A stretch of 64,000 nt of DNA from Squalus acanthias (taxonomy: Eukaryota): assembly GCA_030390025.1 (NCBI GenBank), contig CM059438.1, forward strand, positions 65,040,001 to 65,104,000, given 5' to 3'. Every line of letters starts with the position of its first letter. The first letter of the stretch is position 1. A program made the translations under genes and the position numbers. Shown in pieces: positions 48,390 to 61,860 of this stretch. Under the pieces are notes generated by a model, which was not told the origin of the DNA, searched no databases, and was given only the letters and a program-made list of their open reading frames with translations.

Positions 48390-48825
48390 CTAATGGCATA
48401 CAGAAGAATTAAGTTATGTTGCCGTCAAGCTTCCAAATTTATCTCTGTAGAACTGCTGTCTCGTAGGGTTGGGCATTGTATTGTACCAAAATATTTTAAA
48501 ACATTTCCTAAAAGTTGTAAATCATTTATTTAAAATTTGTTATGCAATGTTTCCTTGTACAATTGATACTTTTACATTTAATGCTGCTGGTTTTTGTTAC
48601 TCCAAGTTCTTTCCTATTATGAGTATCTTTGTGCTTGCAATGTCCCACAGTTTGGAGGATCCTTTAGGCTGCAAGTTAAAAGTCATGTCGGAAGGCAGAT
48701 TTATGCCTTGAGTCACAAAATAGATGCTTGAAACCTTACAGACTTATAACCTAAAATGTTTATTCATTCTAGTTGGAATATTCCAATTAAATTACATTAG
48801 TGATGATGTTGTAGGTTTCCTTCTA

Positions 48826-49258
48826 TGTCAGCTGTGGGCTGTGGGTTCAAGCCTCACTCCAGAGACTTGAGCACATAATCTAGGCTGACACTCCAGTGCA
48901 GTGCTGAGGGAGTGCTGCACTGCCGGAGGCGCCGTCTTTCAGATGAGACGTTAAACCGAAGTACCATCTGCCCTCTCAGGTGGACGTAAAAGATCCCATG
49001 GCACTATTCGAGGAAGAGCAGGAGGAGTTCTCCCCAGTGTCCTGGCCAATATTTATTCCTCAACCAACACCTAAAATAGATGATCTGGTTATTTATTTAA
49101 TTGCTGCTTGTGGGAGCTTGCTGTGCGCAAATTGACTGCTGCGTTTCCTACATTACAATAGTGACTACTTTTCAAAAAGTACTTAATTGGTTATAAATCG
49201 CTTTGGGACATTCTGAGATCGTGAAAAGTGCTATATACATATAAGTCTTTCTTTCTCT
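48826..49258 (+). mobile_element. SacSINE1-like DeuSINE
   Basis: B-box GGTTCAAG, Deu core and L2-like tail. Confidence 0.9.
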
Positions 49259-50279
49259 TTTTAGCTGACATAATAAACCATTGCTAAGAGTCACTGGTGA
49301 CGTATTAATGAAAACCACTCTGGCAATGGTATGTAATGGAGCTTCTTCCACAGGTGTGAAATGAAAATCAGGTGGATTCTGTAATGGTCGATCAACAACA
49401 CTGGTTCTACATTTGGTCAGTAAGTTGAAAATCTACCCCACACTTTTCAAACACTGGGACGAAATTGGCTGTCATGGTTGCTTTCAGAACAACAGTGACT
49501 ATACTTCAAAAGTATTTAATTGACTGTAATGAGCCTGAATTAGTCAATAATCTAATGGTAACGGAACACCCAACCGAAAGTTTCAAAACTGAGATTGATA
49601 GATTTTTGTTTGGCAAGGGTATTAAGGGTTACGGAACCATCTGCAGATGGAGTTAGGATACAGATCAACCATGATCTAATTTAATGGCGGAACAGGCTTA
49701 AGGGACTGAATGGTCTGTTCCTTTGTAAAATGCTTTGGGACATCCTTAGGATGTAAAAGGTGTTATAAAAACATGACATTTTTTTCTTCCTTTCTTACTT
49801 TCCTAACTTCCATTGCATATTTGGCTATATTCCATGCAGAATTATCATTGTGTGTTTTATAAAGGAATACATTACCTAGGTGTATTGCACATCTTGGGGT
49901 TTAGATGATTTACAGCATTTGTTCTATTTCCATCGTTTCCTTTTGAGAGTCCCAGAATAACACCTTTAACCTTTATTTATTAAAAAAATGGAACAGCAGG
50001 ATCTCTTTTTCAATCTCTTGGAGCTACCTTTGTATTTAATGAGCTGTAAAAAAAATTCAGCCAGAGCTTTCCCTGCCTCTACCCTCATTTCCTTCAGTGT
50101 TCTTGGATGCGTTCCATCTGATTCTATTTTCTTCTGAATATTTAAGTCCTCCAGTTATTTGGCCAGTTGATCACCATTCTCTCTTCATGAATGCAGGTAT
50201 ATTTTCTACTCCTTCTTTCTATTCTGTTTTTTCTTCTTTCCTTCCACTAGCAGAAAAGGCACGTGATGCTCACTTCTCT

Positions 50280-51125
50280 CTAATGCCTGTGCTCGCTGAC
50301 CTGCATTGGCTTCCGGTCCAGCAACAGCTCAAACTTAAAATTCTCATTCTTGTGCTTAAATCCTTTGACGGTCTCACCCCTCCCTATCTCTGTAACCTTC
50401 TCCAGCCCTACAACCCTCCGTGAATTCGGCGCTTCTCCAATTCTGGTCTCTTGTGCATCTCTGATTTCCTTTGCCCCACCATTGGCTGCCGTGTCTTCAG
50501 CTGTTTGGGCCCTAAGCTCTGGCATTCCCTCCTTAAACCTCTCTGCCCCTCTACCTCTCTCTCCTCCTTTAAGACAATCCATAACCTTTCTCTTTGACCA
50601 AGCTTTTGGTCACATGTCCTAATATCTTCAAGGGTTTAATGTTTTCAAGGGGAGACTGGATAGGCACTTGAGGGAAATAAACTTGCAGGGCTACGGGGAT
50701 AGAGCAGAGAAATGGGACTGTCTGGATTGCTCTACAGAGAGCCGAATCGCCTTCTGTGCCGTTATTAAGATTCTGAAGGGGATTGACAGGGTAGATGCTG
50801 AGAGGTTGTTTCCCCTGGCTGGAGTGTCTAGAACTAGGCGGCATAGTCTCAGGATAAGGTGTCGGCCAATTAAGACTGAGATGAGGAGGAATTTCTTCAC
50901 TCAAGGGTTGTAAATCCTTGGAATTCTCTGCCCCAGAGGGCTGTAAATGCTGAGTCTTTGAGTATATTCAAGGCTGAGATAGATAGATTTTTGGACTCTA
51001 GGAGAATCAAGGGATATGGAGATCGGGTGGGAAAGTGGAGTTGAGGTCGATGATCAGCCATGATCTTATTGATCAAGGGGCCGTATGGCCTACTCCTGCT
51101 CTTATTTCTTATGTTGTTATGTTCT
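50280..51125 (+). mobile_element. Juxtaposed L2 (50280-50625) and two CR1 3' fragments (50635-50765, 50766-51125)
   Basis: LADLHWLPV (L2), then sequence matching 28235-28385, then sequence matching 23550-23925. Confidence 0.85.
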
Positions 51126-51232
51126 TCTTAATTTCTTTAAAAATATTTCTGTCTTAATTCTCCTGTTCAACCATTTAGATCTCCACAATACAATTTATTT
51201 GCACCTTCTTCAAAACTTTCTTCGAATATTCT

Positions 51233-51373
51233 AATACAAAAGCAAAATACTGTGGATGCTGGAAATCTGAACTATAAACAGAAAATGCTGGAAACACTCA
51301 GCAGATCAGGCAGCATCCGTGGAGAGAGAAACAGAGTTAACGTTTCAGGTCAGTGACCATTCGTCAGAACTGG
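51233..51373 (-). mobile_element. Penelope-type terminal repeat with hammerhead motif (51335-51371)
   Basis: Minus strand reads AGTT-CTGACGA-ATGGTC ACT GACCT-GAAAC-GTT-AACT. Confidence 0.72.
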
Positions 51374-53653
51374 GTATTCTATTTGTTGAATATTCTATTT
51401 GTTTTCCTCCCTTCATATTTTTCCAAATTCAACCTCGCAATTCAGATCTAAGACCGGCCTTCTTTAAACCTCCTGTATTGACTTTGATATCTCTTTTACT
51501 TGTGTCGCAATATCAAATCTACTGAGGATAAGGTATGCTGTGCTGAAGTGTTCCTATATACCTCAAAGTATTCTTCCATCTCGCCTTCAGTACTATGGGC
51601 TAAATCCAGCGTGGCCTCTTTCCTAGCCTTTGTTGCAGCGTGCTTTTGAAGAAGCAGTCCTGCATTAGTTCCATGAACTGACCGCCCCTTTAAACACGTT
51701 CTTTTTTCTCCATTACACTTTATCATAGGATACTAAAAGTCCCCCAAAATAATCAGTCTGCCTTTCATCTTATGCACTTTCTTTGTTCTAATAAATCTAG
51801 ATGTGTCAGCCTCTTGGTTAAGTAGTGGACAGCAATTTCCAGTCATTATTTCTTTTCCACTGTATCCCAGTCCAGACTGATTCCCATCACCTATCATTCA
51901 ATACTAAAATGATTTTTAATTCTAATGATCTTTCTCATTTATCTTTTATTTCCTACTTTATTCTTATCACTCCAGTTCCTTGGCTTCAAATATTTTGTAC
52001 CCTTTGATTTGTTTCTTGAAGTTGCCCATTTAAAGGTGTGGTGCCTTCGTGAAAAATGATTCAGCAAACTATTTGCCATTTGGAAACAAATTGAATTGAC
52101 GTGAATCATAGCAAGTGATGGGTTTGTGATAAAACAGCCCTTCGACTCTGCTCTCTTCTCAAACAAGGAGATATCAAAAGGGGTTAATGCAAGTCAAGTA
52201 TATGTGGTGAGAGATCGTGTAACTAGATTCGTGGCACTAATTAATAAGCAATCAGCCTTTCACCGCTTTAATTGGACATCTTTTCTTCTCTGTAAAGCGC
52301 TCTGAGATATTTTTTCCAATATGAGGAACATGGTAAGTTGTTGTTACTTAATAAAATAATTGCTAGTGTTTGCAATCAACACCAATCTGCCGTGCAAAAA
52401 ATATATGTGCAGGCATCATCAAATTTCAGACAGCATTTGATCAGATTGAAAAAGCCACTGAAACATCTCTGAGCGTTTCAACGGAATAGAATTTTATTAT
52501 GAAACTTAAAAACACTTTAAGCATTTTTAATTCCATTTCCAAACTTCAACATTGCAAAATAGTTTTAAATTGGAAGTCATTTTCACTTTTGAACTGGCAA
52601 AGCAGATCGCCCGCCAATGATAAAAGCGGCTCGCTTTTCAACGCCTGTTTACTGTCCCAGTGAAGGTGAAAATTACCCCCATTGAAACTCAACATTTTTG
52701 CAAAATAAATATTTTACCAAGTGCGAAAATGTACTGTAAAGCCATTGAAAGTGCTTTGAGTACCTGTACTACAGGGAATTACTTCAGTAAAGTCCATTAT
52801 CTTGGGCTGCCTTCCAATTCTGCTGAACAGTTGATGCATGTAATTGCCCATGTGTAGAATCTTGAAAGATCTCCAATCCCTCGTTTCCACATATCTAAAG
52901 ATTTAATCTCTCAATGTATCCACTTGACACCTCCCTGCTCAGGAAATCGCAACCAGACAACGTTTTTCTTCTTTCGCCTCCAATATGGAGATTTTTCCCT
53001 CTCTCTCTACATTCCCAGGATCCTAAATCTATTTGATATTTCTGTTCCCCGAGTGACTCGCCGGTCCTCTTTCCTGCAATGATTTTTTCTTTCCCTTTTT
53101 CTTTTCCCTTCCGTGATCTCTGACCATTCTCGCCTCCTTACGTGAATAGCCATTGCTTCATGAGGTAACATACTGACGGTAATTCTACAAGTCTGGGCTG
53201 CCGGTGGTGCAGATCAGAAATTAGGCCAAGCGTTGCTTGAGATTTAATGACTGAATGGTCGGAAAATCGTGAGCGGTGCACGCCCGGGTTTCTGATCTGT
53301 GCAGCCAGGATGTGAAGCTCCCTGCCGATAGCGCAGACACCCCCCACCATTCTGCTGTCATCATTAACAGGTTGTACTTCCTTCCTTGTGTCTTCCTTCT
53401 ACAATCTAATTCAAATGAAAATCCCTGGCTTTATGTAGCTGTCTGTGCCTAGGGAGAAGACTTCCTCTGAGCACCTGTTGTAGCAACATCATAAATGCTT
53501 TTTTAAAAAAAAACACAGGTTCATGAATTTTGCTACACCTCCCTTGTGTTACCCCTAAATTTTGCATGTACAACAAATGTTCTTGCCTTCCTGATTTTTT
53601 ATCTAGTTTCACATATTTTCATATAATTATTAGTACCAAATAATTTGCTCATT

Positions 53654-55615
53654 TCATAGAATCATAGAATGATACAGCACAGAAGGAGGCCATTTGGTCC
53701 ATTGTGCCTGTGCCGGCTCTTTGGTAGAACTATCCACTAAATCCCTCTCCCCTGCTCTTTCCCCATAGCCCTGTAATTTTTTTTCCTTCAAGTATTTATC
53801 CAATTCTCTTTTGAATGTCACTATTGAATCTGCTTCCACCACCCTTTTAGGCAGTGCATTCCAGATCACAACAACTTGCTGTGTAAAAAACTGCTTCCTC
53901 GTGTCTCCTCTTGTTCTTTTGACAATTACCTTAAATCTGTGTCCTCTGATCACTGACCCTTCTGCCACTGGAAACAGTTTCACCTTATTTACTCTATCAA
54001 AACCATTTATGATTTTGAACACCTTTATCAAATCTCCTCTTAGCCTTCTCTGCTCTAAGGAGAACAACCCCAGCTTCTCCAGTCTATCCATGTAACTGAA
54101 GTCCCTCATCCCTGGAACCATTCTAGTATATCTCTTCTGCACCCTCTCTAAGGCCTTGACATCCTTCCTAAAATGTGGTGCCCAGAATTGAACACAATGG
54201 CCCAAAAATTAGTCCCGCGACGCGAGAGTACGCACTGCATACTCTCGCGTATTATGTCACCAATTGCCGGTTTTCTGCATGCACTGCGCATGCGCTGAAA
54301 ACCGGCACTTGGTTTTTGGAAAAGGGGGCGGTTCCTCGGTGCACCGCGTGCGCGGTACAGGCTGCGCGCACGCTGTGCATTTAGTGCTTTGGACGCGCAG
54401 GTAAGGACGGAAGATTTTAGAAATGAAAAAAGGAGGAGTAAGACCCACTTTTAACAAGGTAAGTAGTGAATTAAGTATTATTTTGAATTTTTTTTAACAG
54501 GTATATCTTTTTGAGAGACTTTAAAGACAGGTAAGTTTATTTTTATAACTATTTAAAAGATTTTAAATTTTTTCAAAAATTTAATTTTTTATTTAAAATG
54601 GTTAATTTATTTAACTATACTTATTTTATTAATGTGATGGTTTTTTTTTAAAATTTAATTGAGGTTTAGCTGTTATTTTGGGGGTGTGTAAGATTCATAG
54701 CTTTCACAGCACTTATGTGAAACTTATGAATGGAAGATGGTGTGCTGCCATTGGCTCTAACTGAGTCACGTGATCCCACAGCTCGCACGAATTCACTACG
54801 CCGGTGGGATACGCAAGCACTGCCCAGCTGATGTCTAGAACATCAAGTTCGTGCGAGCTGGATCTGAAAAAGCCAACGCGGAGTGAGAGATCGCGGGGAA
54901 GCCTTACCCCCGCGTCAACATGAAGTCTTTAATTTCTGGGCCAATACTCCAGCAGAGGCCTAACCAGTGATTTATAAAGGTTTAGCATAACCTCCTTGCT
55001 TTTGTACTCTATTCCCCTATTAATAAAGTCAAGAATCCCACATGCTTTATTAACACCCTTCTCAAGTTGTCTTGCTACCTTCAAAGATTTGTTCATGCAC
55101 CCCCTTTAAAATTGTACTATTTAGTTTATATTGCCTCTCCTCATTCTTCCTACCAAAATCTATCACTTCACGCTTCTCTGCATTAAATTTCATCTGCCAT
55201 GTGTCTGCCCATTTCACCAGTCTGTCTATGTCTTCCTGAAGTCTGTTACTATCCTCCTTACTGTTTACTACAGTTACATGGCATCTGCAAACTTTGAAAT
55301 GATGCCCTGTACACCCAAGTCCAGGTCCTTAATATAGTTCTAAAAGAGCAGTGGCCCTAATACTGGGGCTCACCACTGTATACCTCCCTTCAGTCTGAAA
55401 AACAACCATTCGCCACTACTCTCTGATTACTGTCCCTTAACCAATTTTGTAACCACGCTGCTACTGTCGCTTAAATCCCAAGTGCTTTAATTTTACTAAC
55501 ATGGTCATTATGTGGTACTTTGTCAAATGCCTTTTCAAAGTCCATGTACACAACATGAACCGCATTACCCTCATCGACCCTCTCTGTTACATCATCAAAG
55601 AGCTCAATCAAGTTC
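53654..55615 (-). mobile_element. CR1 LINE fragment interrupted by a MITE
   Basis: CVQFWAPHFRKDVKALERVQ...; RT remnants extend to about 55615. Confidence 0.9.
54199..54942 (-). mobile_element. MITE, GGCCCAGAAATT family
   Basis: TIRs GGCCCAAAAATT / AATTTCTGGGCC, with perfect TSD AAT. Excision restores the CR1 sequence GAACACAATACTCCAG. Confidence 0.93.
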
Positions 55616-55814
55616 GTAAAATTATATCAGCAAAATAGTTCACTCATTTGTAAAATTAAAATGGTGTGTGCTGACTCTCTGCAACCCTTCAAGAGGGAGC
55701 TGGACCAGCTTTTGACTGGAGCAGAGTTCGCCTCATATAGAAGTTTTAATAGATAACAACACATGGTCCATCCTTTGTTAAACCCATATCCTTTCTGCCC
55801 ATTTGAGCAAGGGG

Positions 55815-56075
55815 ATGTTTAAGATCCCATATTCAAAGAGCAGGGATTCCCTTCTTCTCCTGGCCAACATTCCCCCCTCAACACAACATCACGCAAAACA
55901 GATTTGTCGATGATTCTTTCTGTTGCCGTTTGTCGGATCTTGCCATCTACAAAATGGCCGCCACATTTGGCTCCATAACAATTGTCACTTCACATATTAA
56001 AAAAAAATGTGAAAAGGTTTGAGATATTCCTGAGATGTGAAAAGGCACCGCGCAAATTCAAGCCTGTCTTTCTTT
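55815..56075 (+). mobile_element. Degenerate DeuSINE
   Basis: AAGATCCCAT..AAGAGCAGGG..CCTGGCCAACATT motifs. Confidence 0.65.
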
Positions 56076-56399
56076 CACAATGTCATCTGAAGCCCTCAGC
56101 CTTACAGTGCACTCTTGGCTATCTGTTATTGCTTACTTGTTCCATAGATTCTTCCTCTGGTATTTTAAAATGAAATCTGATATGTAATTTGCTGATTGGC
56201 AATTCATGACACTGAATTATAAAATTTTCAATCTCACTGCAGTCATTTATCATTTTACCAAGCAGCATTATCATCACTGGTGCACATGAAGTGAAGAAGA
56301 TTAATAGGTTTAGGGAAATCATTTTGGCCTCATCAATATACGCTAAATTAACCCCACAGTTGTAAGTGAGATGCCAGAAGTGAGCAGAAACTGAAAAAT

Positions 56400-56840
56400 C
56401 ATCAGCGGTATTACAGTGCCCAGTTGTTAGAAGGACTGGGGGATGCAGGGACTTTGTACACTTGCCTGTTACCACTGGGACCTGGTTTCGAATTGAGTTC
56501 ACAATGTTGAGTTGAACATCCCCTTAGTCTGCTGGCTATAAGGGTCCGATGTGAAATGGGTTTGGGAAGACACAGTGCAGTTCCTGCTGGGATTGTGTTT
56601 GTAGCACAAAACAGACCCTAAGTGGCACCAACTTGTTAATCTCTGTCCGAGTGGCCACAGAATAGCTGGTGTGGGAATTGGAAAGTGTCAAACTGGTACA
56701 GTTGGGATTTGGGGCACAACTTGCCTCTAACCCTGCTGTACCTAACCTGAGAGCACTTTATAACACTCAGTGCTCAACAATGGTGCAATGTACCATTTCC
56801 CAACGCTAAATTCCCTCGCCTGGATGAGCAGGAAATTCAT
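56400..56840 (+). mobile_element. LF-SINE-like relic
   Basis: TCTGCTGGCT..ATGTGAAATGGGTT..CAGTGCAGTTCCTG..CACAAAAC..TGGCACC..GCTGTACCT resembles the LF-SINE consensus as I recall it; not aligned computationally. Confidence 0.5.
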
Positions 56841-57184
56841 GAAAAACAGAGTAATAATTGCGTCGTTGCAAACATGATTGCGAAATATCAGGTTTGATAA
56901 TTGTATCCTCATATTGTGGTTTTCCTACATTACAATAGTGACTATACTTCTAAAAGAGCAGAATTTTCTGTGAAGCGCTTGGGATGTTCTGAGGTCTAAA
57001 AAGACGCTATATAAATACAAAACCTTGCAAGTTCTTTCTATGGTTGATTATTATTATTAGTATCACATTCCTTAAAATAAATTAAATATAGACTTTGGAA
57101 GTGCTTAATAACCTGCCAAGGCTGCCTTAACGTGTTGGATTACTACTGTTAGTCTTTGCTTATTGCAGTAGTTTTCTGTGCGGT

Positions 57185-57400
57185 GGGACCCCCTGCAAAT
57201 ATTACCTTCCCAGAGACCATGTTCAAATATGGACACCTTCCCGCAGACCCGATGCAAATACGGACACCTTCTCAATGACCCTGTGCAAATACTAACACCT
57301 TTCTGGGGGGACCTTCCCACAGCCCCTGTGCAAAGATCAATACTTTCCTAGGATCCCCCTACTACAAACATTGGCACGCTCCAAGGGACCCCCTGTCCTT
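57185..57400 (+). repeat. Degenerate ~31-bp minisatellite
   Basis: Recurrent GACC..TGCAAATA..ACACCTTC, 5-6 units. Confidence 0.65.
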
Positions 57401-59604
57401 ACTTATGAAAGATAATGTCAGCAGTCCAAAAAGAAACCGGTGCTGTCAGCACAGAAAATGCATTTTTAACAGTAAACAGTAACAGAAATAATAATGTGCT
57501 GATACATCAACAAATGCAGGAACAATAGAAAACACAATTATCATAAGAAGTATTCATGACATAAAGTGTGGCCAGTCCCAAATGGAGAGAAGGCTGTTGA
57601 CCTCATGATCACCCTGGGTTTCCTGTCACAAACCCCTAGTTCTAGAGTCCATGGTGACTTCCTGCCGGATAGTGGCAGGTTGTGCTGTGCAAATTCAGCA
57701 CGTGATGTGTGAAAATTTAAAACGGGTTCTGAAAGACGTACAGGGCGCTCATTATAAGAAGTTATTCGACGCAATATTCTGCCGGCATGCGCTCCTCATG
57801 ACAGCAAAACCTCCTTAACCAATATGGTGGGTGGCACACTTCCGGCTGGAAGTGTGCGCGCTTCTTCCTGCCCGCCATATTGGTGGATTAATAGACCAAG
57901 TAGCACCCAAAAAATGTGCGTCGTGTGGTCCAATTTGTAGGCGAATGGATCCCACTTTAAAACCAATAGCTTATGGGGCTTGCAAGACTGGACTACCTAC
58001 AACAATGGGTGGGCGCGAGGAGTAAACAGAATGTTGTTTCAGAATACAGTTTGAGAGGGAAAACATGCAATGAGAAAATTGCTTAAATGCTCGTGAGAGC
58101 AAACCATCTTCCGTCTTCAGACAGTTAATTTAGTACCAGAAGAAAAAAAAAGGCACAGAAAAGTTATTAAATCTGAAGATTCAAATTGCTCGCTGTGAAG
58201 CCCATCAGCGCACGATTAAATGTTCAGTTTTAAGCACTCTTTGCCATGACAGATTGAGACTGTGGTATCTGCAGAGTCAGATCAAGAGATTTCCACAGTT
58301 GCAATCAAGTACATAATAACCAATGTCTTGCTGCTGTGTTTTCATTGGTTTCCCAGCATGTTATCAGATGTTTAATTGTAATTTAACTCATCAGCCTTGA
58401 TGGTCGTATTTCCAGTAACAACGTGTGCTCACAGTCAATATAAACCGCAGCAAACAATTTTCTCTTCTTTCAGCAGAATGTAGGGTGCGATGGTATCTGT
58501 AGAATAACCTTCCCAGTTTTGAACTGGAGGCAAGCTTGTCCAGTCAGAAGTAGCTGAGGATGAAATCAGAGTTATTTTGACTGTGAAATAACACTGAAAA
58601 TGCAATGATGAAACCTTTTAGTGTGTTTTCTTTTTAGCTGCCCTTCAATTTTCTTCACTCCTTTCTTAAGCACACTGGCTCATGGTGATTGAAGAAAAGG
58701 GCGGGGAGGTAAAGGGAAATGGGAACAGGGCAGACAAATGGAATTTGGACTGGAGCTCATGTGGAGGATAAACACCAACACAGATTTATGTGTTCAAGTG
58801 GGACTTGAACCCGAATCGAACAGCTTGTTACCGTGTTGTCATTTCTTTGTAATTCTATGTAACAAAATATGTCAAAGGAATGTGGTGTTAATTGAATAGC
58901 ATCAGCTCTTCCATTGCTACAGACATATTTCTATACATTAAGTTCCACAATTTCTTTTGAATAATTACTTTGTGATAATTAACTGGAGTGTTAATTAATT
59001 AACATTTTAATTAGTATTATTTTACCAGGCAGGTTTGTTCAGATTGTCACTTCAATTCTTTAATTAAGTGGCTAAATGAGAGCGTGTGTATACGATCTTG
59101 ATGGGTTTGTGATGCTATCAATTCAATTTATGCTTCTGTAAAATATGTTCATGCTCTGGAAGTTTCAAACGGCAAGTGTTTCACCAAGTCTGGGCTTGGA
59201 CCAGTCAACTGAGTCGACGAGACAACCAATACAGTGGCAATCAGCAATTTTAATCATCAAGTACAACTGGTTACACACAGTAACAAGGCAGTAAGTACAG
59301 AAGATAGATATTACCCCATTCCTTTGGCGAACAGGGGACTACTTGTCTGATCTTTTGTTCCTAACTGCTGCTTTGCCCATCCTACTTAAGGCCGTTCTTT
59401 ATACACCCACCAACTCCATGCGGCATCCACCTGTCCAATGTTCCCTCTAATTTTGTTTTGTACTGAGCGGGCCACAAACTCCTTTGAGTGCGACCTTTTC
59501 ATCCGTGGGCAAATTTTACCAGAACAACAACTTTTACAACAACGGCAGCAACATCCACCACTTAAAAGCAGATATACAGTAATGTCATATTGCAACCCCA
59601 CCGT

Positions 59605-59915
59605 CTCAAATCATGAGACAATCAGACAAGGTTCGATACAAGTTTAACATCACTTCTCTGCTTTTGAATTCTATTCCCCTAGAAATGAACCCAGTGCTTT
59701 ATTTGCACTTTTATGGCTTTTTTTAACCTGTGTTGCTACTTTTAATGATTTTCAATCTATACCCCTAGATCCCTTTGCACCTCTACTCCATTTAGACTCT
59801 TATGTTCCAAGGAGTAGGTGGCCTCCTTATTCCTCCTACCAAAATGCACCACCTCACACTTATCAATATTGAAATTCATTTGTCATTTACATGCCCATTC
59901 TGCAAGTTTGTTTAT
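59605..59915 (-). mobile_element. CR1 RT fragment
   Basis: Reverse reading gives WACK*QMNFNIDKCEVVHFGR-like sequence. Confidence 0.75.
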
Positions 59916-60659
59916 GATAGAATTAATTAAAAGCTTTTAGTTCGTCATCTACAAACTCTACTTTAAAAAAAAAATACTTGTCAGTAATGACTGGGATATA
60001 AAAGAACTGCAAAATAATGCATTAACACTTCAGAAATGTCACTCAGTTACACGGTTATACATCGATAAACAAACCAAAAGCCAAGGTGAGCTGAAAGAGG
60101 CATATCTATTCATGCAATTAGTATTAATTTTAAAGTTTTCAACGTATTAGCCCATCCCTCATGTAACTATAGCAATGGCCGCACAAGCAGCAGGAGCAGC
60201 GGCTTTCCTATTGGCGCTGACGTGCTATACGTCCACAAAAGCAATTAGAACATTATTCACAACGCAACCAGACAACCAACAAATATAAAGTGCTGTAGTT
60301 CTTTAGTTCACAGTATTAAAAAGAATTGAATAAAAACAAGTATTTTCAATTTCAATCACTTCCATTAATAAACATTGTCTTCTTGAAACAGAACCTCCCA
60401 TGTAACATATCAGAAATGCAACACTTATTCACAAGTGCAGAAAAACATGTAAACAATTTGTGTTACTGAATTAAAAACAAAAAGCAGGAAAAACTATGAT
60501 TTAACAGAAATAAACATTCATCTTTCCTCCTGGACAGGAGAACCAATCAGACTGACTTGGAAATGTTTACTAGTATGGTGACGTAAAGATGTTAATTTAC
60601 GAATTTCGCTTCTAATGTTTTGCTCTCAAACATTCTCCACAATATTAATCCCTGCTCTT

Positions 60660-61240
60660 AAGAGTAAGGAAGTCTTACTACGATTGTACAGGGCTTTGGC
60701 GAGACCACATCTGGAGTACTGTGCACAGTTTTGGTCTCCTTATCTGAGGAAGGATATACTTGCCTCAGAGGCGGTTCAACAAAGGTTCACTAGATTGAAC
60801 CCTGGGGTGAGAGGTTTGTCCTATGAGGAGAGATTGTGTAGAATGGGCCTGTACTCTCCGGAGTTTAGAAGAATGAGATTTGATCTCATTGAAACATACA
60901 AGATTCTGAAGGAGATTGACAGGGTAGATGCTGAGAGGTTGTTTCTCCTGGCTGGAGAGTCTAGAACTAGGGGGCATAGTCTCAGGATAAGGGGTAGGCC
61001 ATTTAAGACTGAGATGAGGAGGAATTTCTTCACTCAGAGGGTTGTGAATCTTTGGAATTCTCTACCCCAGAGGGCTGTGGATACTCAGTCGTTGAGTATA
61101 TTCAAGGCTGAGATCGATAGATTCCTGGATTCTAGGGGAATCGAGGGATATGAGGAATCGGGTGGGAAAGTGGTGTTGAGGTTGGAGCACGCTCAAAGGG
61201 CCATATGGCCTACTCCTGCTCCTAATTCTTATGTTCTTAT
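60660..61240 (+). mobile_element. CR1 3' fragment
   Basis: KSKEVLLRLYRALARPHLEYCAQFWSP..; CR1 tail. Confidence 0.93.
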
Positions 61241-61860
61241 GGTTGTAAGCGAAGTGCTTCAGCCTTTGCATGTTAAAATTGGGGACCAAAGTGAATGGCC
61301 CAAAAACTGCAGTCAAATCGAACAGTTGATCCAAAAGCATTTGAGTCATAAACAAAGGGTAGCAGTGATATTTGGGGTAAGTACTGCAGAATCATTGACA
61401 TCACTGGCACAACAGGTTTTTTTCTAAAGGACCAACGGGTCCCTTGTAAAGGGGGACTGATTTTCTGGTAGTGTTTGCATTGTTGGCTAACACCCATGCC
61501 TGGGCCTTCTGGCTAATGGCTTGTTTGGCTGGTTAATGCAGGCATACTGGCTGCTTTGCATAAACCAGGCTGAGAATGGGGAAACTCCTGACATTAAGGG
61601 CTATTTTTGGGGGCAGATGTAAGTTCTGTCTCAAACAAGTCCCCACACAAACTATCAATTGAGACCTGTTGGATCCATGTCCTGACACAATTTCTGGCCT
61701 CTCCAAAGGACTTCCAGGGGACTTACCAGTGCGACCAACAGCCCTGCAGATTAGTAAAATAATGTTTCTTTTAATTAACACGACGCTTGTTACTGGTCAG
61801 GATTGCGTGCTGACAAGCACTCGGGTTGCTGAGGTACTTACTGGCTTGAACATTTTGCAG

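Noticed and set aside
52595..52682. Isolated TIR-like ends (AAAATTACCCCC; also GAAAATCTACCCC near 49430)
   Set aside because: No partner TIR or TSD located. Probably old MITE remnants, but unsupported.
59177..59600. LTR-like signals on the minus strand plus a CAATGTTCCCTCTAA terminus at 59436
   Set aside because: No matching termini or TSD found; too degenerate to call.
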